A DNA stretch of 26,547 bases, taken from an uncultured archaeon (GTDB lineage Archaea; Asgardarchaeota; Thorarchaeia; Thorarchaeales; Thorarchaeaceae). Positions 17,630 to 26,547 of the stretch are shown here, piece by piece. The notes below the pieces were generated by a model, which searched no databases, was not told the DNA's origin, and saw only the letters and a list, made by a program, of their open reading frames with translations. The stretch lies in contig CAZPWM010000039.1 of the NCBI GenBank assembly GCA_964590575.1, positions 1-26,547 on the forward strand, written 5' to 3'. Both the position numbers and the translations under genes were made by a program. Position 1 is the first letter of the stretch, and the number at the start of each line of letters is the position of its first letter.

Positions 17630-18112
17630 GTGACCATACGAAAAGCAGTACTGAGCGAAGTCGATGTAGTTAAGGAGATAGTCAAAGAAGCGTATCAACC
17701 CATTATGAAACAACTCTCACGAACACCAGGAGCTCTTCAAGAAGGTTTGGATAAGATTTCTCGCCATATCCAAATGGGTAACCAGTACGTAGCTCTTGTA
17801 GGTGAAACAATAGTTGGGACGATGAGAGTGCATCTTCGAGGTCAAAATGGCGTGATAAGTAGAGTTGCTGTTCGTTCCGAGTTTCGTGGTCGCCGAATCG
17901 GGACAATGCTTGTGGATTATGGCGAAAACCTACTAGCGCATATGAATGCTCAACGAATAGAAATTGAGATCTATGGGGCTGTTGAGGATCAACTTTCATT
18001 TTATGAACGTGGGGGCTATATTGAAACCGGACGAACGGAACGAAACGGTGAAGTCATAGTTATAATGCAGAAGGACTTGACAGAGAAAGCAATGCAAGAA
18101 GAAGATGAGTAG
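17630..18112 (+). CDS. GNAT family N-acetyltransferase
   Basis: TIRKA, ISRVAVRSEFRGRRIGTMLV (acetyl-CoA motif A), FYERGGY. Confidence 0.9.
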   Translation: MTIRKAVLSEVDVVKEIVKEAYQPIMKQLSRTPGALQEGLDKISRHIQMGNQYVALVGETIVGTMRVHLRGQNGVISRVAVRSEFRGRRIGTMLVDYGENLLAHMNAQRIEIEIYGAVEDQLSFYERGGYIETGRTERNGEVIVIMQKDLTEKAMQEEDE

Positions 18113-18114
18113 AC

Positions 18115-18900
18115 TCAGTGTTTCTTCTTCGCACATCTTTTTGCTATCAGAGCTGCAACTGAACCTGCACCTAATCCGTTACCAATATTGACAACTGCAA
18201 GACCGGGTGAACATGACTGTAGCATCGATGCCAGTGCTGTTTCTCCTTTGCCTCCGTATCCATATCCTGTTGGGATGGGTACGCCTATGACTGGAATATC
18301 AATCAGTGCTGCAACTACTGTAGGCAAAGCTCCCTCCATCCCCGCAAGAACAACCACCGCATCCACATCCTCTTCTATGATCTTCTCGACCGGCTCTATT
18401 AGTCTGTGAATTCCTGAAATACCCACATCATAGAAGGTCACTGTTTCAACACCCATCAATCTAGCTATTGCCTCTGCTTCACGGGCATAAACAACATCTG
18501 AAGTACCCGCTGTAAGAACCGCAATCTTGCCTTCTGTTGGTGGTTCGGACCATGCTTTCGAATACACGAAAACTGTAAGGTGTTCCTCTGAGCCTTTTGA
18601 TTCAATTGTGAGCTTTGGAAGTGCTTTCTGAAGACCTTCAAGTTTATTCTGATTCATTCTAGTGAGTAAAACTACACCATTTTTCTCTACAAGTGTTTCC
18701 ACAATTTGGACTAGGCTGTCAATTGTCTTAGTTTCCGCAAAAACAACTTCAGGCACACCACTCCTTTCTTGTCGATTATTATCCACAAGACCAATATCTC
18801 CAACCTTCGTAAACGCTAGCGATCTTAGCTCTTTTTCTGCTTCTTCAATGGAGATTTTTCCCGCTGCCAAGTCCTCTAATACGTCGCGTGTGGAAGTCAT
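18115..18900 (-). CDS. larB: Nickel-pincer cofactor biosynthesis protein LarB (PurE/AIR carboxylase-like)
   Basis: R..RSGVPEVVFAETKT, TAGTSD..YA.EA, DVGISGIHRL, AGMEGALPTVV, PVIGVP..GYG, MLQSCSPG.AVVNIGNG.GA. Confidence 0.92.
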   Translation of the reverse strand: MTSTRDVLEDLAAGKISIEEAEKELRSLAFTKVGDIGLVDNNRQERSGVPEVVFAETKTIDSLVQIVETLVEKNGVVLLTRMNQNKLEGLQKALPKLTIESKGSEEHLTVFVYSKAWSEPPTEGKIAVLTAGTSDVVYAREAEAIARLMGVETVTFYDVGISGIHRLIEPVEKIIEEDVDAVVVLAGMEGALPTVVAALIDIPVIGVPIPTGYGYGGKGETALASMLQSCSPGLAVVNIGNGLGAGSVAALIAKRCAKKKH

Positions 18901-18943
18901 CGTCTTTCACCGTTGCGGCGATACATTCCGTTATGTGCCTTTC

Positions 18944-20026
18944 CTAAGGTACAATCTCGCAACCATTGTTGTACTCAGGGTAGTCTAGTTCCTCAATGGA
19001 AATTACTCCTTTCTCAATTAGTTCTTTCACACGAGGGACATTCTCTTTCAAGGTTTTAATGAGGTGTCGTGAAATCTCACAGATTTTTTCAAAACCCTCA
19101 TCTCCCCAGAGTCTTTCCTTATTGGCGAATAAACACCTTCCTCCACAGATCTCGAATTCACCACATGATGGACAGGGTTCGTCAACTCTCATGACATTCC
19201 TTAGTTCTTGAGGTTCCGAGTCCCAAATATTGCCCACTATTGAAAAATCCCAATCTGGAGAAATTGGACAGACACCAATCTTACCATCAACATGAATTGC
19301 AAACGTGTCCAACCCAGACCCGCATCTCATCTCAACTCCTTCACCGGTGAGCAAAGACAGCATTAGAGGTTTGAAGGGGACAATTCCCTCAATAACTCCA
19401 TCCTCCATCTTCCTGACCCACTCTTCAACGAGTCGAGTTATCCCTGGATTGTAGACCTCTATCACCCATTTGTCGAAATCATGCCAGTTATCCTCAGCAT
19501 CCCAAACAACATTAAGCTGCCAATGGACGTTATCGAATGAAGGGTTTCTCAAGTCAATCAAATGTCTGACATCTCTATAGATGTCTGACTGTTCTGATAC
19601 TACCATTCTAGCAACGATGTCTCCCTCATAGTCAATCTCTCGTAGCCACCTGACATTCTTGATGACCTTCTGATAAACTCCCCTAGAGCGATAGCTATCT
19701 GTTGTTTCCTCAGTACCATCAATGGACACAAGGATTGAGTGAAATCGCCTGACATAATCTTCAGGAATCTGATTGAGAAGAAGAGCATTCGTTTGAAGCA
19801 TGAACCGTGCCTGGGGAAAGCGGTCCATCAGTTTGGTGATAAGTGGAACTCTAAGTGTAGGTTCACCACCATAAAGCATGAGTTGAATTTCATTGTCCTT
19901 TGCTAGAAACGATGCAAGATCATCAAGCGAGTATTGAATCTCTGTATCTGATTCGATATACTCGCCGCCATGGCAATAGAAACAGTTGAGATTGCATCTT
20001 CGAGTTAAGACCAGATGATAGTTCAA
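18944..20026 (-). CDS. Radical SAM/SPASM-domain protein, AF0577 (TIGR04084)-like
   Basis: CNLNCFYC, YGGEP, LQTNA, VSIDG, VHWQL, SPASM cysteines (CGSG..VCP..CPSC...ICGGRC..IC), C-terminal EIVP. Confidence 0.88.
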   Translation of the reverse strand: MNYHLVLTRRCNLNCFYCHGGEYIESDTEIQYSLDDLASFLAKDNEIQLMLYGGEPTLRVPLITKLMDRFPQARFMLQTNALLLNQIPEDYVRRFHSILVSIDGTEETTDSYRSRGVYQKVIKNVRWLREIDYEGDIVARMVVSEQSDIYRDVRHLIDLRNPSFDNVHWQLNVVWDAEDNWHDFDKWVIEVYNPGITRLVEEWVRKMEDGVIEGIVPFKPLMLSLLTGEGVEMRCGSGLDTFAIHVDGKIGVCPISPDWDFSIVGNIWDSEPQELRNVMRVDEPCPSCGEFEICGGRCLFANKERLWGDEGFEKICEISRHLIKTLKENVPRVKELIEKGVISIEELDYPEYNNGCEIVP

Positions 20027-20089
20027 TGGAACTGCGCTCCAACCCCTCTCTACTTATCAAACGCATAAACCTTCTTGCTACTTAACGAA

Positions 20090-20542
20090 TCAAGAGAACT
20101 TCAGTTTCCAGAGTCGATTTGTTTCAAACCACGCAAAAATAGCACCTGCAACTCCTACACCAAGACCGATATAGCGATCGAATTGACCCAAGGGAATTCC
20201 CAATGTCATTAAGAAATAGCCCAAGGTATACACTGAGAAAAAGATTGCCACAAATGAATATCTTGGAAGCATAACTCCTCTGAATGCAATGAAATTCTGA
20301 AGTATTCCGACTTTGACTAGTTTCCTTAATTCATATGTATTGTCAGGATTTTTCTGAATGAGTTCGAGCGACTCTAATTTCCCGAGATGGTGACTTGCTA
20401 CTGAAGGACTCGACATACCAATCGCTCTTTGAACCTCTCTTACACCTACTGAAGAGTTCTTAGATAACAGATACCAATAGACCCTTAGAGTATTACCCCG
20501 GAGCTCAGGTTCAAGGTCGCGCTCCTCTGATTTCGAGTCCAT
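20090..20542 (-). CDS. Winged-HTH transcriptional regulator with two C-terminal TM helices
   Basis: LRGNTLRVYWYLL...VGVREVQRAIGMSSPSVASHHLGKLESLELI wHTH, then PRY followed by two hydrophobic helices. Confidence 0.85.
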   Translation of the reverse strand: MDSKSEERDLEPELRGNTLRVYWYLLSKNSSVGVREVQRAIGMSSPSVASHHLGKLESLELIQKNPDNTYELRKLVKVGILQNFIAFRGVMLPRYSFVAIFFSVYTLGYFLMTLGIPLGQFDRYIGLGVGVAGAIFAWFETNRLWKLKFS

Positions 20543-20673
20543 ATACCACGCCGTATTCTCATGGAAGAATCAGGATTAATGTCTTATCCTATCCTCTATC
20601 TGTTCTAGTTTCAATACAGAGTGAATAGATATCTTCGAAAAGTGTTCTATTCCATGGTACTAAGTAGAATTGT

Positions 20674-22917
20674 ATGATAGAGATTGACATGTTCCCTCAG
20701 TTGTTATCACAAGCACTTGATACTCAGACAAAGAGGAAGGTCATAGCAGGTGGAATTGCGTCCTCTCTTCTGGCGATGAGTTTAGTTGTGTCTCTTGGTG
20801 TACTTGGCGGATGGAATTCTGAGCGATATTCACACACAGGACATCCGAATAGTCCTGTTTTCACAATCGATTTCACTGTATCGAATGACTTTGCTGATTT
20901 CATCCCATATTCAGAAGAGTTCACACCAAACGTCCCGTGGTATACAATCTCTGAGGGTTTGGGCAATGTTGTGAATCTCTATAAGTTTCCACAGCTGACA
21001 ATTGCTCAGCGTGCATTAATTCAAACTAATGGATTCACTTCTGTCCCAAGCGGATATGATCAGATATATGACATTCTCCTTAGTAACAAAGATAATGATA
21101 TACCTAGTTTTGTAAGCTCTGACGCGGTCTTGCATGCATTTCACATTCTATACGATTTAGCTCTTAGAGCGACCGAGGTTTACACATTTTGGGATTTGCT
21201 AGGAAATCTCACAGCCTCTTTGGTCAACAGCTCGTATGACCAATATCAGACCGCTCCCGAAGGTCGATGGAAAGATGCTGCTTTGAGAAATGTGATGTAT
21301 TTTTCTGTAGCCCAGTACCTACTAGATAACCAGACAATCCTTTATCCAGAGGTCGTAGACGAGGTTACAACTGTCCTTGCTCTGATCGAAAATCACTCCG
21401 AGATATCTTCTGCTTGGTTCCAGAATTATAAGGAGGATTTCAGTCAGTACGTTCCCCGAGGACACTATACTCGGACTGACAAGTTGAAACATTTCTTTAT
21501 GGCAATGATGTGGTATGGTCGAATAGCTTTCCGTTTACAGCCTGGTATCTCCCCATCTGGGATAGAGAAAGGTAAGAACGAAACAGCTCAAGCCATTCTC
21601 CTAACACTCGCATTGGAAGAAGAAGTAGAAGGTCTTGCACCTGGAACTGAGGGATACACAGTATGGGATGCAATTTACGAACCTACACGTTTCTTCGTTG
21701 GCGATGCTGATGACCTTCTTCCAAAAGAATATGGTCCATTAATTGATGATGTGTGGGGTGCTATATCTTCACTGAATGACTTAGACAATGAGGTTCTTCT
21801 TACAGATTTCATTGACTCTGCACTAGTCCTTCGTCCGCCACTCATTCTGTCATCTGTCATTAATGATACTCAGAATATCAATGACACAATGGGTTTCCGT
21901 TTTATGGGACAGCGATTTGTACCTGATAGCTATTTCCTGGGCCAGCTTGTCTATGACAATGTCGGAACGCAAATGCACCCAAGAGTACTTCCGAAGGGTC
22001 TAGATGTTATGGCAGCTCTTGGGTCAGATCGTGCATGGGAGTTGCTTGATGATCAGAAGGACTACTATCATTATATTGAACAAATGGAATTCCTGTGGGA
22101 CTCCGTTGAGAACATAAGCGCATCAGAATGGACTCACAATCTTTACTATCTTTGGCTCTATTCTCTTCTGCCACTTCTTAATGATCCTGGTGATGGCTAT
22201 CCAATGTTTATGCAGAGCGAAGCTTGGGTGGACAAACAACTGATGACTAGTCTTGCATCATGGACCGAGCTCAGGCATGACACAATTCTGTATGTCAAAC
22301 AATCGTATACGGTCGGTCCTACTTCTATAATGCCGCCTCCTCCTCCGAGGGTTATTGGATATGTTGAGCCCGTTCCTCGTGTTTATGCGCGCTTAGCCAC
22401 CTTGTGTGATATGATGATTGAGGGATTGACAAATCGAAGTATTGCCTCTGAACGAATTTTATCCAGATTAAACCAGCTTCATGACTTTTTACTTGAACTC
22501 AAAACAATCTCTGAAAAAGAACTCGCAGGTCAGCTCCTTACTGATGATGAAGTGGACCTCATAAAATATAGTGGTCGTTCTTTGGAAACAATCGCTTCAA
22601 TTGATGATTTTGAGGATTTGACCTCGGCAGCGGATGAAAAGATGGCTGTTGTCGCTGATGTGCATACCTACCCTGATCCTACAGAACCTGTAGTGCTTGA
22701 AGAAGCAGTTGGAAATGCTATGGTCATTTATGTGGCTGTCGAGATAGAAGGAAGAATTGTCCTCACCCGTGGAGGTATCTTTTCCTACTACGAATTTACT
22801 CAACCTCTAGATGACAGATTGACCGATGAAGCATGGCAAGAAATGCTAGCCTTAGGAACTGTTCCTGCAATGCCACTTTGGGTTGGAACCTTCGTTGCAG
22901 ATGCTGATATGGATTAG
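20674..22917 (+). CDS. DUF3160 domain-containing exported/membrane-anchored protein
   Basis: N-terminal hydrophobic helix; family-type motifs EDFSQYVPRGHYT, AMMWYGR, GFRFMGQRFVPD, PKGLDVMAALG, SWTELRHDTILYVKQSY, GYVEPVP, VADVHT, FSYYEF, RLTDEAWQ. Exact start uncertain. Confidence 0.88.
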   Translation: MIEIDMFPQLLSQALDTQTKRKVIAGGIASSLLAMSLVVSLGVLGGWNSERYSHTGHPNSPVFTIDFTVSNDFADFIPYSEEFTPNVPWYTISEGLGNVVNLYKFPQLTIAQRALIQTNGFTSVPSGYDQIYDILLSNKDNDIPSFVSSDAVLHAFHILYDLALRATEVYTFWDLLGNLTASLVNSSYDQYQTAPEGRWKDAALRNVMYFSVAQYLLDNQTILYPEVVDEVTTVLALIENHSEISSAWFQNYKEDFSQYVPRGHYTRTDKLKHFFMAMMWYGRIAFRLQPGISPSGIEKGKNETAQAILLTLALEEEVEGLAPGTEGYTVWDAIYEPTRFFVGDADDLLPKEYGPLIDDVWGAISSLNDLDNEVLLTDFIDSALVLRPPLILSSVINDTQNINDTMGFRFMGQRFVPDSYFLGQLVYDNVGTQMHPRVLPKGLDVMAALGSDRAWELLDDQKDYYHYIEQMEFLWDSVENISASEWTHNLYYLWLYSLLPLLNDPGDGYPMFMQSEAWVDKQLMTSLASWTELRHDTILYVKQSYTVGPTSIMPPPPPRVIGYVEPVPRVYARLATLCDMMIEGLTNRSIASERILSRLNQLHDFLLELKTISEKELAGQLLTDDEVDLIKYSGRSLETIASIDDFEDLTSAADEKMAVVADVHTYPDPTEPVVLEEAVGNAMVIYVAVEIEGRIVLTRGGIFSYYEFTQPLDDRLTDEAWQEMLALGTVPAMPLWVGTFVADADMD

Positions 22918-22982
22918 TGATTAAGGTCCTTATCGGTATCCTTATGATTCAATACACAATCAGGTCAGGTGAGTTGACACCT

Positions 22983-24467
22983 GTGAAGCCTCGTTCCATT
23001 GCAGTATTGACTTTCATCACACTTATTGTATTGCCAATATCTGTATGTGAACCAGTTACGGTTATTGACAATCATACTTCATTCACAGTTGCTGATGCAG
23101 GGCTCCTCCCGAGTCATGGGTATGTCTGGCAGGAGATAAACGGATTTTGTGCTTGGGCTGCAACCACCATGGCCATGCAGTATGCAGGTATTGATCTATC
23201 AATGTATGATGTGTTTGCTGCATCAACTATCGGTTTTTCATTCGCCTACTTCAGATTCGATGATACTTTTCTCATGTATCCGGGTGCCCTGTACACTCAG
23301 GTTGAACCAACACAGTTTCTCGCTGATATTTATGGCGTGAATTATACGCTATATGTTGGGGCTGACATTCCTGCATTGGAGCAGAATGTCCAGGTATGGG
23401 AGAGCGAAAATATCCGGGTGGGGGTTCTAGATGGTCAGGTTGAAGCCTTTGATTTAATGCGCCAGACTATTGACCGCGGGTATCCGCTTCTTATCAGTGT
23501 TGACCCCGCATATCTGCCAATCTACGACTATGACTTCTTGAGAGCTGAGCAACTCGCTGGAGGCGGACATGGGATTCTCATTGTGGGATATAACGACACA
23601 GAAGCTTCCGCAACAATAATCGATCCAGGAGTGGGTTCATTTGGTGAAGATTTCGGATACCCTGATGATGGTCGAGGAAATTATACTACTATCCTATACA
23701 CGACTCTAATCGACGCATGGTCTAATAGATATTATATTTCAAACACGTTTTTCCCTGGAGTGCCACCTGCAACAGGATTAGATGACAAACTGGGTCCTAT
23801 GGTCCGAGATAAGCTACTTGGGGTCGGTTCAATTTACTCTCCAAATAGTGCAAATGCTTATGTTGGAAACTTCGGACAAGCAGGATTTCGTCAGATGAGC
23901 TCAGCCATAACAGTGGATGGCTTGAAATCATATCTAGGCTTTTTCGATGGTATTGATGATGAAACCAACTTCAAAGCATCACTTCTTTTCTTCATTGGTG
24001 CAGGTCTTGAGGCTCAGGTGACTCTCCAGTATTTGTCATATCGCACAGCATTAGAAAGTCTGCCCACGTTGATGTCTGAAACAAATCTCACAGATTTCAT
24101 AGAAGCAGGCGAAAACGCACTTCCTGCGTTTGATAACCTCGCGGATAACTCCTCTCTGATATTTCCTGGAAACCTAACGCAAATGACTGGATTTGTAGCA
24201 ACAACATTTCTCGAAATTGCAGAGGCTTTCAATGCATCTGGAGATATTGATGCAACATTAGCTCCGTATGAAACTACTTTGAATTCAATCTCAGCAGATC
24301 TTCTAATAATTGCTGATTCATGGCGAGATGCTGGTAACGCTCTTGCCAAAATCTGGCCAAATGACTTCCTAACTGTTTATGGACCTGCCCTTGCATTTTC
24401 CATAGGCGGTGTAGTGGTTCTCATAGTTGGTGTGATTTGGTGGATGGGACGGAAACCTTCTCAATAA
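22983..24467 (+). CDS. Secreted, membrane-anchored C39-like (papain-fold) cysteine peptidase
   Basis: Signal peptide; Q..GFCAWAATTMAMQY (Cys), GHGILIVGY (His), IIDPG (Asp); C-terminal TM followed by RK. GTG 22983 follows AGGTGA. The alternative start is GTG 22917, which overlaps the upstream stop. Confidence 0.8.
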   Translation: MKPRSIAVLTFITLIVLPISVCEPVTVIDNHTSFTVADAGLLPSHGYVWQEINGFCAWAATTMAMQYAGIDLSMYDVFAASTIGFSFAYFRFDDTFLMYPGALYTQVEPTQFLADIYGVNYTLYVGADIPALEQNVQVWESENIRVGVLDGQVEAFDLMRQTIDRGYPLLISVDPAYLPIYDYDFLRAEQLAGGGHGILIVGYNDTEASATIIDPGVGSFGEDFGYPDDGRGNYTTILYTTLIDAWSNRYYISNTFFPGVPPATGLDDKLGPMVRDKLLGVGSIYSPNSANAYVGNFGQAGFRQMSSAITVDGLKSYLGFFDGIDDETNFKASLLFFIGAGLEAQVTLQYLSYRTALESLPTLMSETNLTDFIEAGENALPAFDNLADNSSLIFPGNLTQMTGFVATTFLEIAEAFNASGDIDATLAPYETTLNSISADLLIIADSWRDAGNALAKIWPNDFLTVYGPALAFSIGGVVVLIVGVIWWMGRKPSQ

Positions 24468-24477
24468 CAGATTTGAC

Positions 24478-26547
24478 TCATTTACTCTCAATACTAAGGA
24501 GCTTCAGCAGTTGCTCATTATCCGTTGTAGGCAGTTTACAATTGTAATCTATACATACATGAGCAGTTGCTTTCCCACCTAACGTATCATGAAACTTTGC
24601 GAATGGAGCGAGTCGAGAAACCTCGTCTGACTGATGTTTAGTTCCCTTCAAGAGAATCACTTTGTTGGGGATGTAATGTTGACGAATTGTTTCGAGCATT
24701 TTCTGCGTGTCTGGTCTATCAGGATCTCCTGCAATGACAATCTCATAGGACTCTCCCTGAGCAAACTCCAATGCATTAAGCATCATGGAAAAACCTGAGG
24801 GAGCTCTTGGAATGATTCCTGAGAATGCCTTGATTGTTTCTGCTGCTTTCTCCTCTAGTTCTGGGTTTCCAAGAAATCGAGCAAGACGCACTAGATTCAA
24901 TGCGGCCACTGAATTTCCTGAAGGCATAGCACCATCGTAGGCATCCTTTTTCCTCACAAGTAGTTCTTCTGAATCCTCACTAGTGAAGTAGAACCCTCCT
25001 TCTTCTTCATCCCAGAATTTCTTGATCATCTCCATGGTTAGATTCTTCCCAAGTTCGAGATACTCAGGTTTGAAGGTCGCCTCATAAGATTCAAGGAGAG
25101 CCCAAACCAGATACGCATAGTCATCAAGGAACGCGCCAATTGCAACCTCTCCATCCTTATATCTGTGGAAGAGACCCCGTTTCTCATCGAACATGGTGCC
25201 AATGATAAATGCAAGTGCCTTTTCAGCAGCTTCAATGAAATTACTGTCATCAATGACAACCGATGCTTTCGCCAAAGCCGCAATCATGAACCCATTCCAG
25301 TCCGTCAGAATTTTATCATCCAGACTTGGTCTCACTCTTCTAGCTCTGCGATTGAATAACTTTATTCTAGCTTTTTCTATTTGAGATTTAAATTCCTCTT
25401 TGCTCACACTTACAGAATCTGTACTTGCATCAATGGATTCTTTGAGGTGAAGTATGTTGAGTCCGGTCTTCCCTTGAGATACCTCATCTTCGAAATTACC
25501 CTCCTCGCGAATATTGAACATTTGCAAGAAGACTGATGATTCTTCCTCATCGAGGGCATCTTTGATCTCACTCTGAGCCCAGGTGTAGAATTTGCCCTCT
25601 TTCCCCTCAGAGTCGGCATCTTCTGCTGAGTAGAATGCTCCTTCGGGACTGGTCATATCTCGTGTGACATACTCGAATATTTCTCGGACCACATTAGCGT
25701 ACTCCTGCTTTCTTGTTATTTGATATGCTTCGGTGTATGCCATCATGAGACTTGCTTGATCGTACAGCATCTTCTCAAAGTGAGGTAGCAACCAATCCGC
25801 ATCAGTGGAGTATCTATGAAACCCAAAACCAAGGTGGTCAAAGAGACCTCCAAATCTCATCCCTTGGAGTGTTTTTTCAACCATATGGAGTGCCCTTTCG
25901 TCTCCCGTTCTTTTCCAGTATCTTAGAATCAACAACAAGTTATGGGGCGAGGGAAACTTTGGTGCAGAACCGAAACCCCCTCTCTCCTCATCAAATTTCT
26001 GTGATAGATGCGAGTATGCCCGGTCAACCTCATCAAGCGTGAGATCGTCTTTCAGCACACTCTTGTTAGATACTGAGAGTCCTTCTTCAATCCGATCAAT
26101 CACATCTTCGATATTGGCTTGATCAGTTTCCCAGAGCTCCTTGATTCGCGGAACAAGTTCCTTCATTCCCAGCATATTGTACCTGCTCTCTTTAGGTATG
26201 TAGGTTGCCGAATAGAACGGTTTCTTATCAGGGGTCATGATGATTGTTAGTGGCCAACCTCCTCTACCAGTTATCATCTGAGCCACCTCCATATACACAC
26301 CGTCTATGTCTGGTCTTTCCTCTCTGTCAACCTTGATGTTTACAAAAGCGTCATTCATCAAACGAGCCACCTTTTTATCTTCAAATGACTCATGAGCCAT
26401 TACGTGGCACCAATGACAGGTGCTATACCCGATTGAGAGGAAGACCGGTTTGTTTTCCTTGGAAGCACGTTCAAAGGCTTCTTCTCCCCATGGATACCAA
26501 TCAACGGGATTCTCTGCGTGTTGTAGTAGGTACGGACTTTTCTCTTC
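24478..26547 (-). CDS. YyaL/SSP411 (DUF255) thioredoxin-domain protein, 5'-truncated by the window
   Basis: Frame is open to the window edge: [25 protein letters not shown]...[62 protein letters not shown]. Confidence 0.95.
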   Translation of the reverse strand, partial: EEKSPYLLQHAENPVDWYPWGEEAFERASKENKPVFLSIGYSTCHWCHVMAHESFEDKKVARLMNDAFVNIKVDREERPDIDGVYMEVAQMITGRGGWPLTIIMTPDKKPFYSATYIPKESRYNMLGMKELVPRIKELWETDQANIEDVIDRIEEGLSVSNKSVLKDDLTLDEVDRAYSHLSQKFDEERGGFGSAPKFPSPHNLLLILRYWKRTGDERALHMVEKTLQGMRFGGLFDHLGFGFHRYSTDADWLLPHFEKMLYDQASLMMAYTEAYQITRKQEYANVVREIFEYVTRDMTSPEGAFYSAEDADSEGKEGKFYTWAQSEIKDALDEEESSVFLQMFNIREEGNFEDEVSQGKTGLNILHLKESIDASTDSVSVSKEEFKSQIEKARIKLFNRRARRVRPSLDDKILTDWNGFMIAALAKASVVIDDSNFIEAAEKALAFIIGTMFDEKRGLFHRYKDGEVAIGAFLDDYAYLVWALLESYEATFKPEYLELGKNLTMEMIKKFWDEEEGGFYFTSEDSEELLVRKKDAYDGAMPSGNSVAALNLVRLARFLGNPELEEKAAETIKAFSGIIPRAPSGFSMMLNALEFAQGESYEIVIAGDPDRPDTQKMLETIRQHYIPNKVILLKGTKHQSDEVSRLAPFAKFHDTLGGKATAHVCIDYNCKLPTTDNEQLLKLLSIESK

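Noticed and set aside
18901-20089. RiPP precursor peptide flanking the rSAM/SPASM gene
   Set aside because: The flanking gaps are only 43 and 63 nt and contain no credible small ORF.
2360-24480. Selenocysteine read-through at TGA-ending genes, with the 9170-9190 hairpin as a SECIS element
   Set aside because: The TGA-ending proteins look complete. Where I checked (2360, 4321, 20090), another stop follows within a few codons. The hairpin follows a TAA-ending gene and has a terminator U-tract.
1-26547. CRISPR arrays, tRNA/rRNA genes, transposases or integrases
   Set aside because: No regularly spaced repeats, cloverleaf motifs or mobile-element proteins were seen by eye, and intergenic gaps are short.

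Overview
About 26.5 kb of densely coding, probably archaeal chromosome. Evidence for an archaeal origin: TATA-like boxes about 25 nt upstream of several apparently leaderless genes, frequent GTG/TTG starts, a Sec11-type signal peptidase, a REC-PAS-HK kinase, an AF0577-type radical SAM protein and a wHTH-TM regulator. An Asgard/Thorarchaeota-like source is my impression only and is not established. Contents are mostly housekeeping and metabolic genes: signal peptidase I, MBL-rhodanese, ggt, aspA, a Na/Pi cotransporter, NIF3, a D-2-hydroxyacid dehydrogenase, an MFS transporter, two GNATs, larB, rSAM/SPASM and YyaL. There are also several uncharacterised membrane/secreted proteins, including DUF3160 and a C39-like protease divergent from a membrane-anchored HTH regulator. 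I saw no rRNA, tRNA, CRISPR array or mobile element. The most interesting unannotated signals are (1) a candidate ~100-nt structured RNA on the minus strand at 12766-12867 with its own TATA box and C-rich anti-SD-like motifs, (2) a 49-aa tail-anchored CxxC microprotein missed by the ORF track, (3) a GNAT whose conserved N-terminus lacks an in-frame canonical start codon, and (4) a possible ubiquitin-like-domain protein divergent from the sulfur-transfer gene. Family calls come from motif recognition, not database searches.
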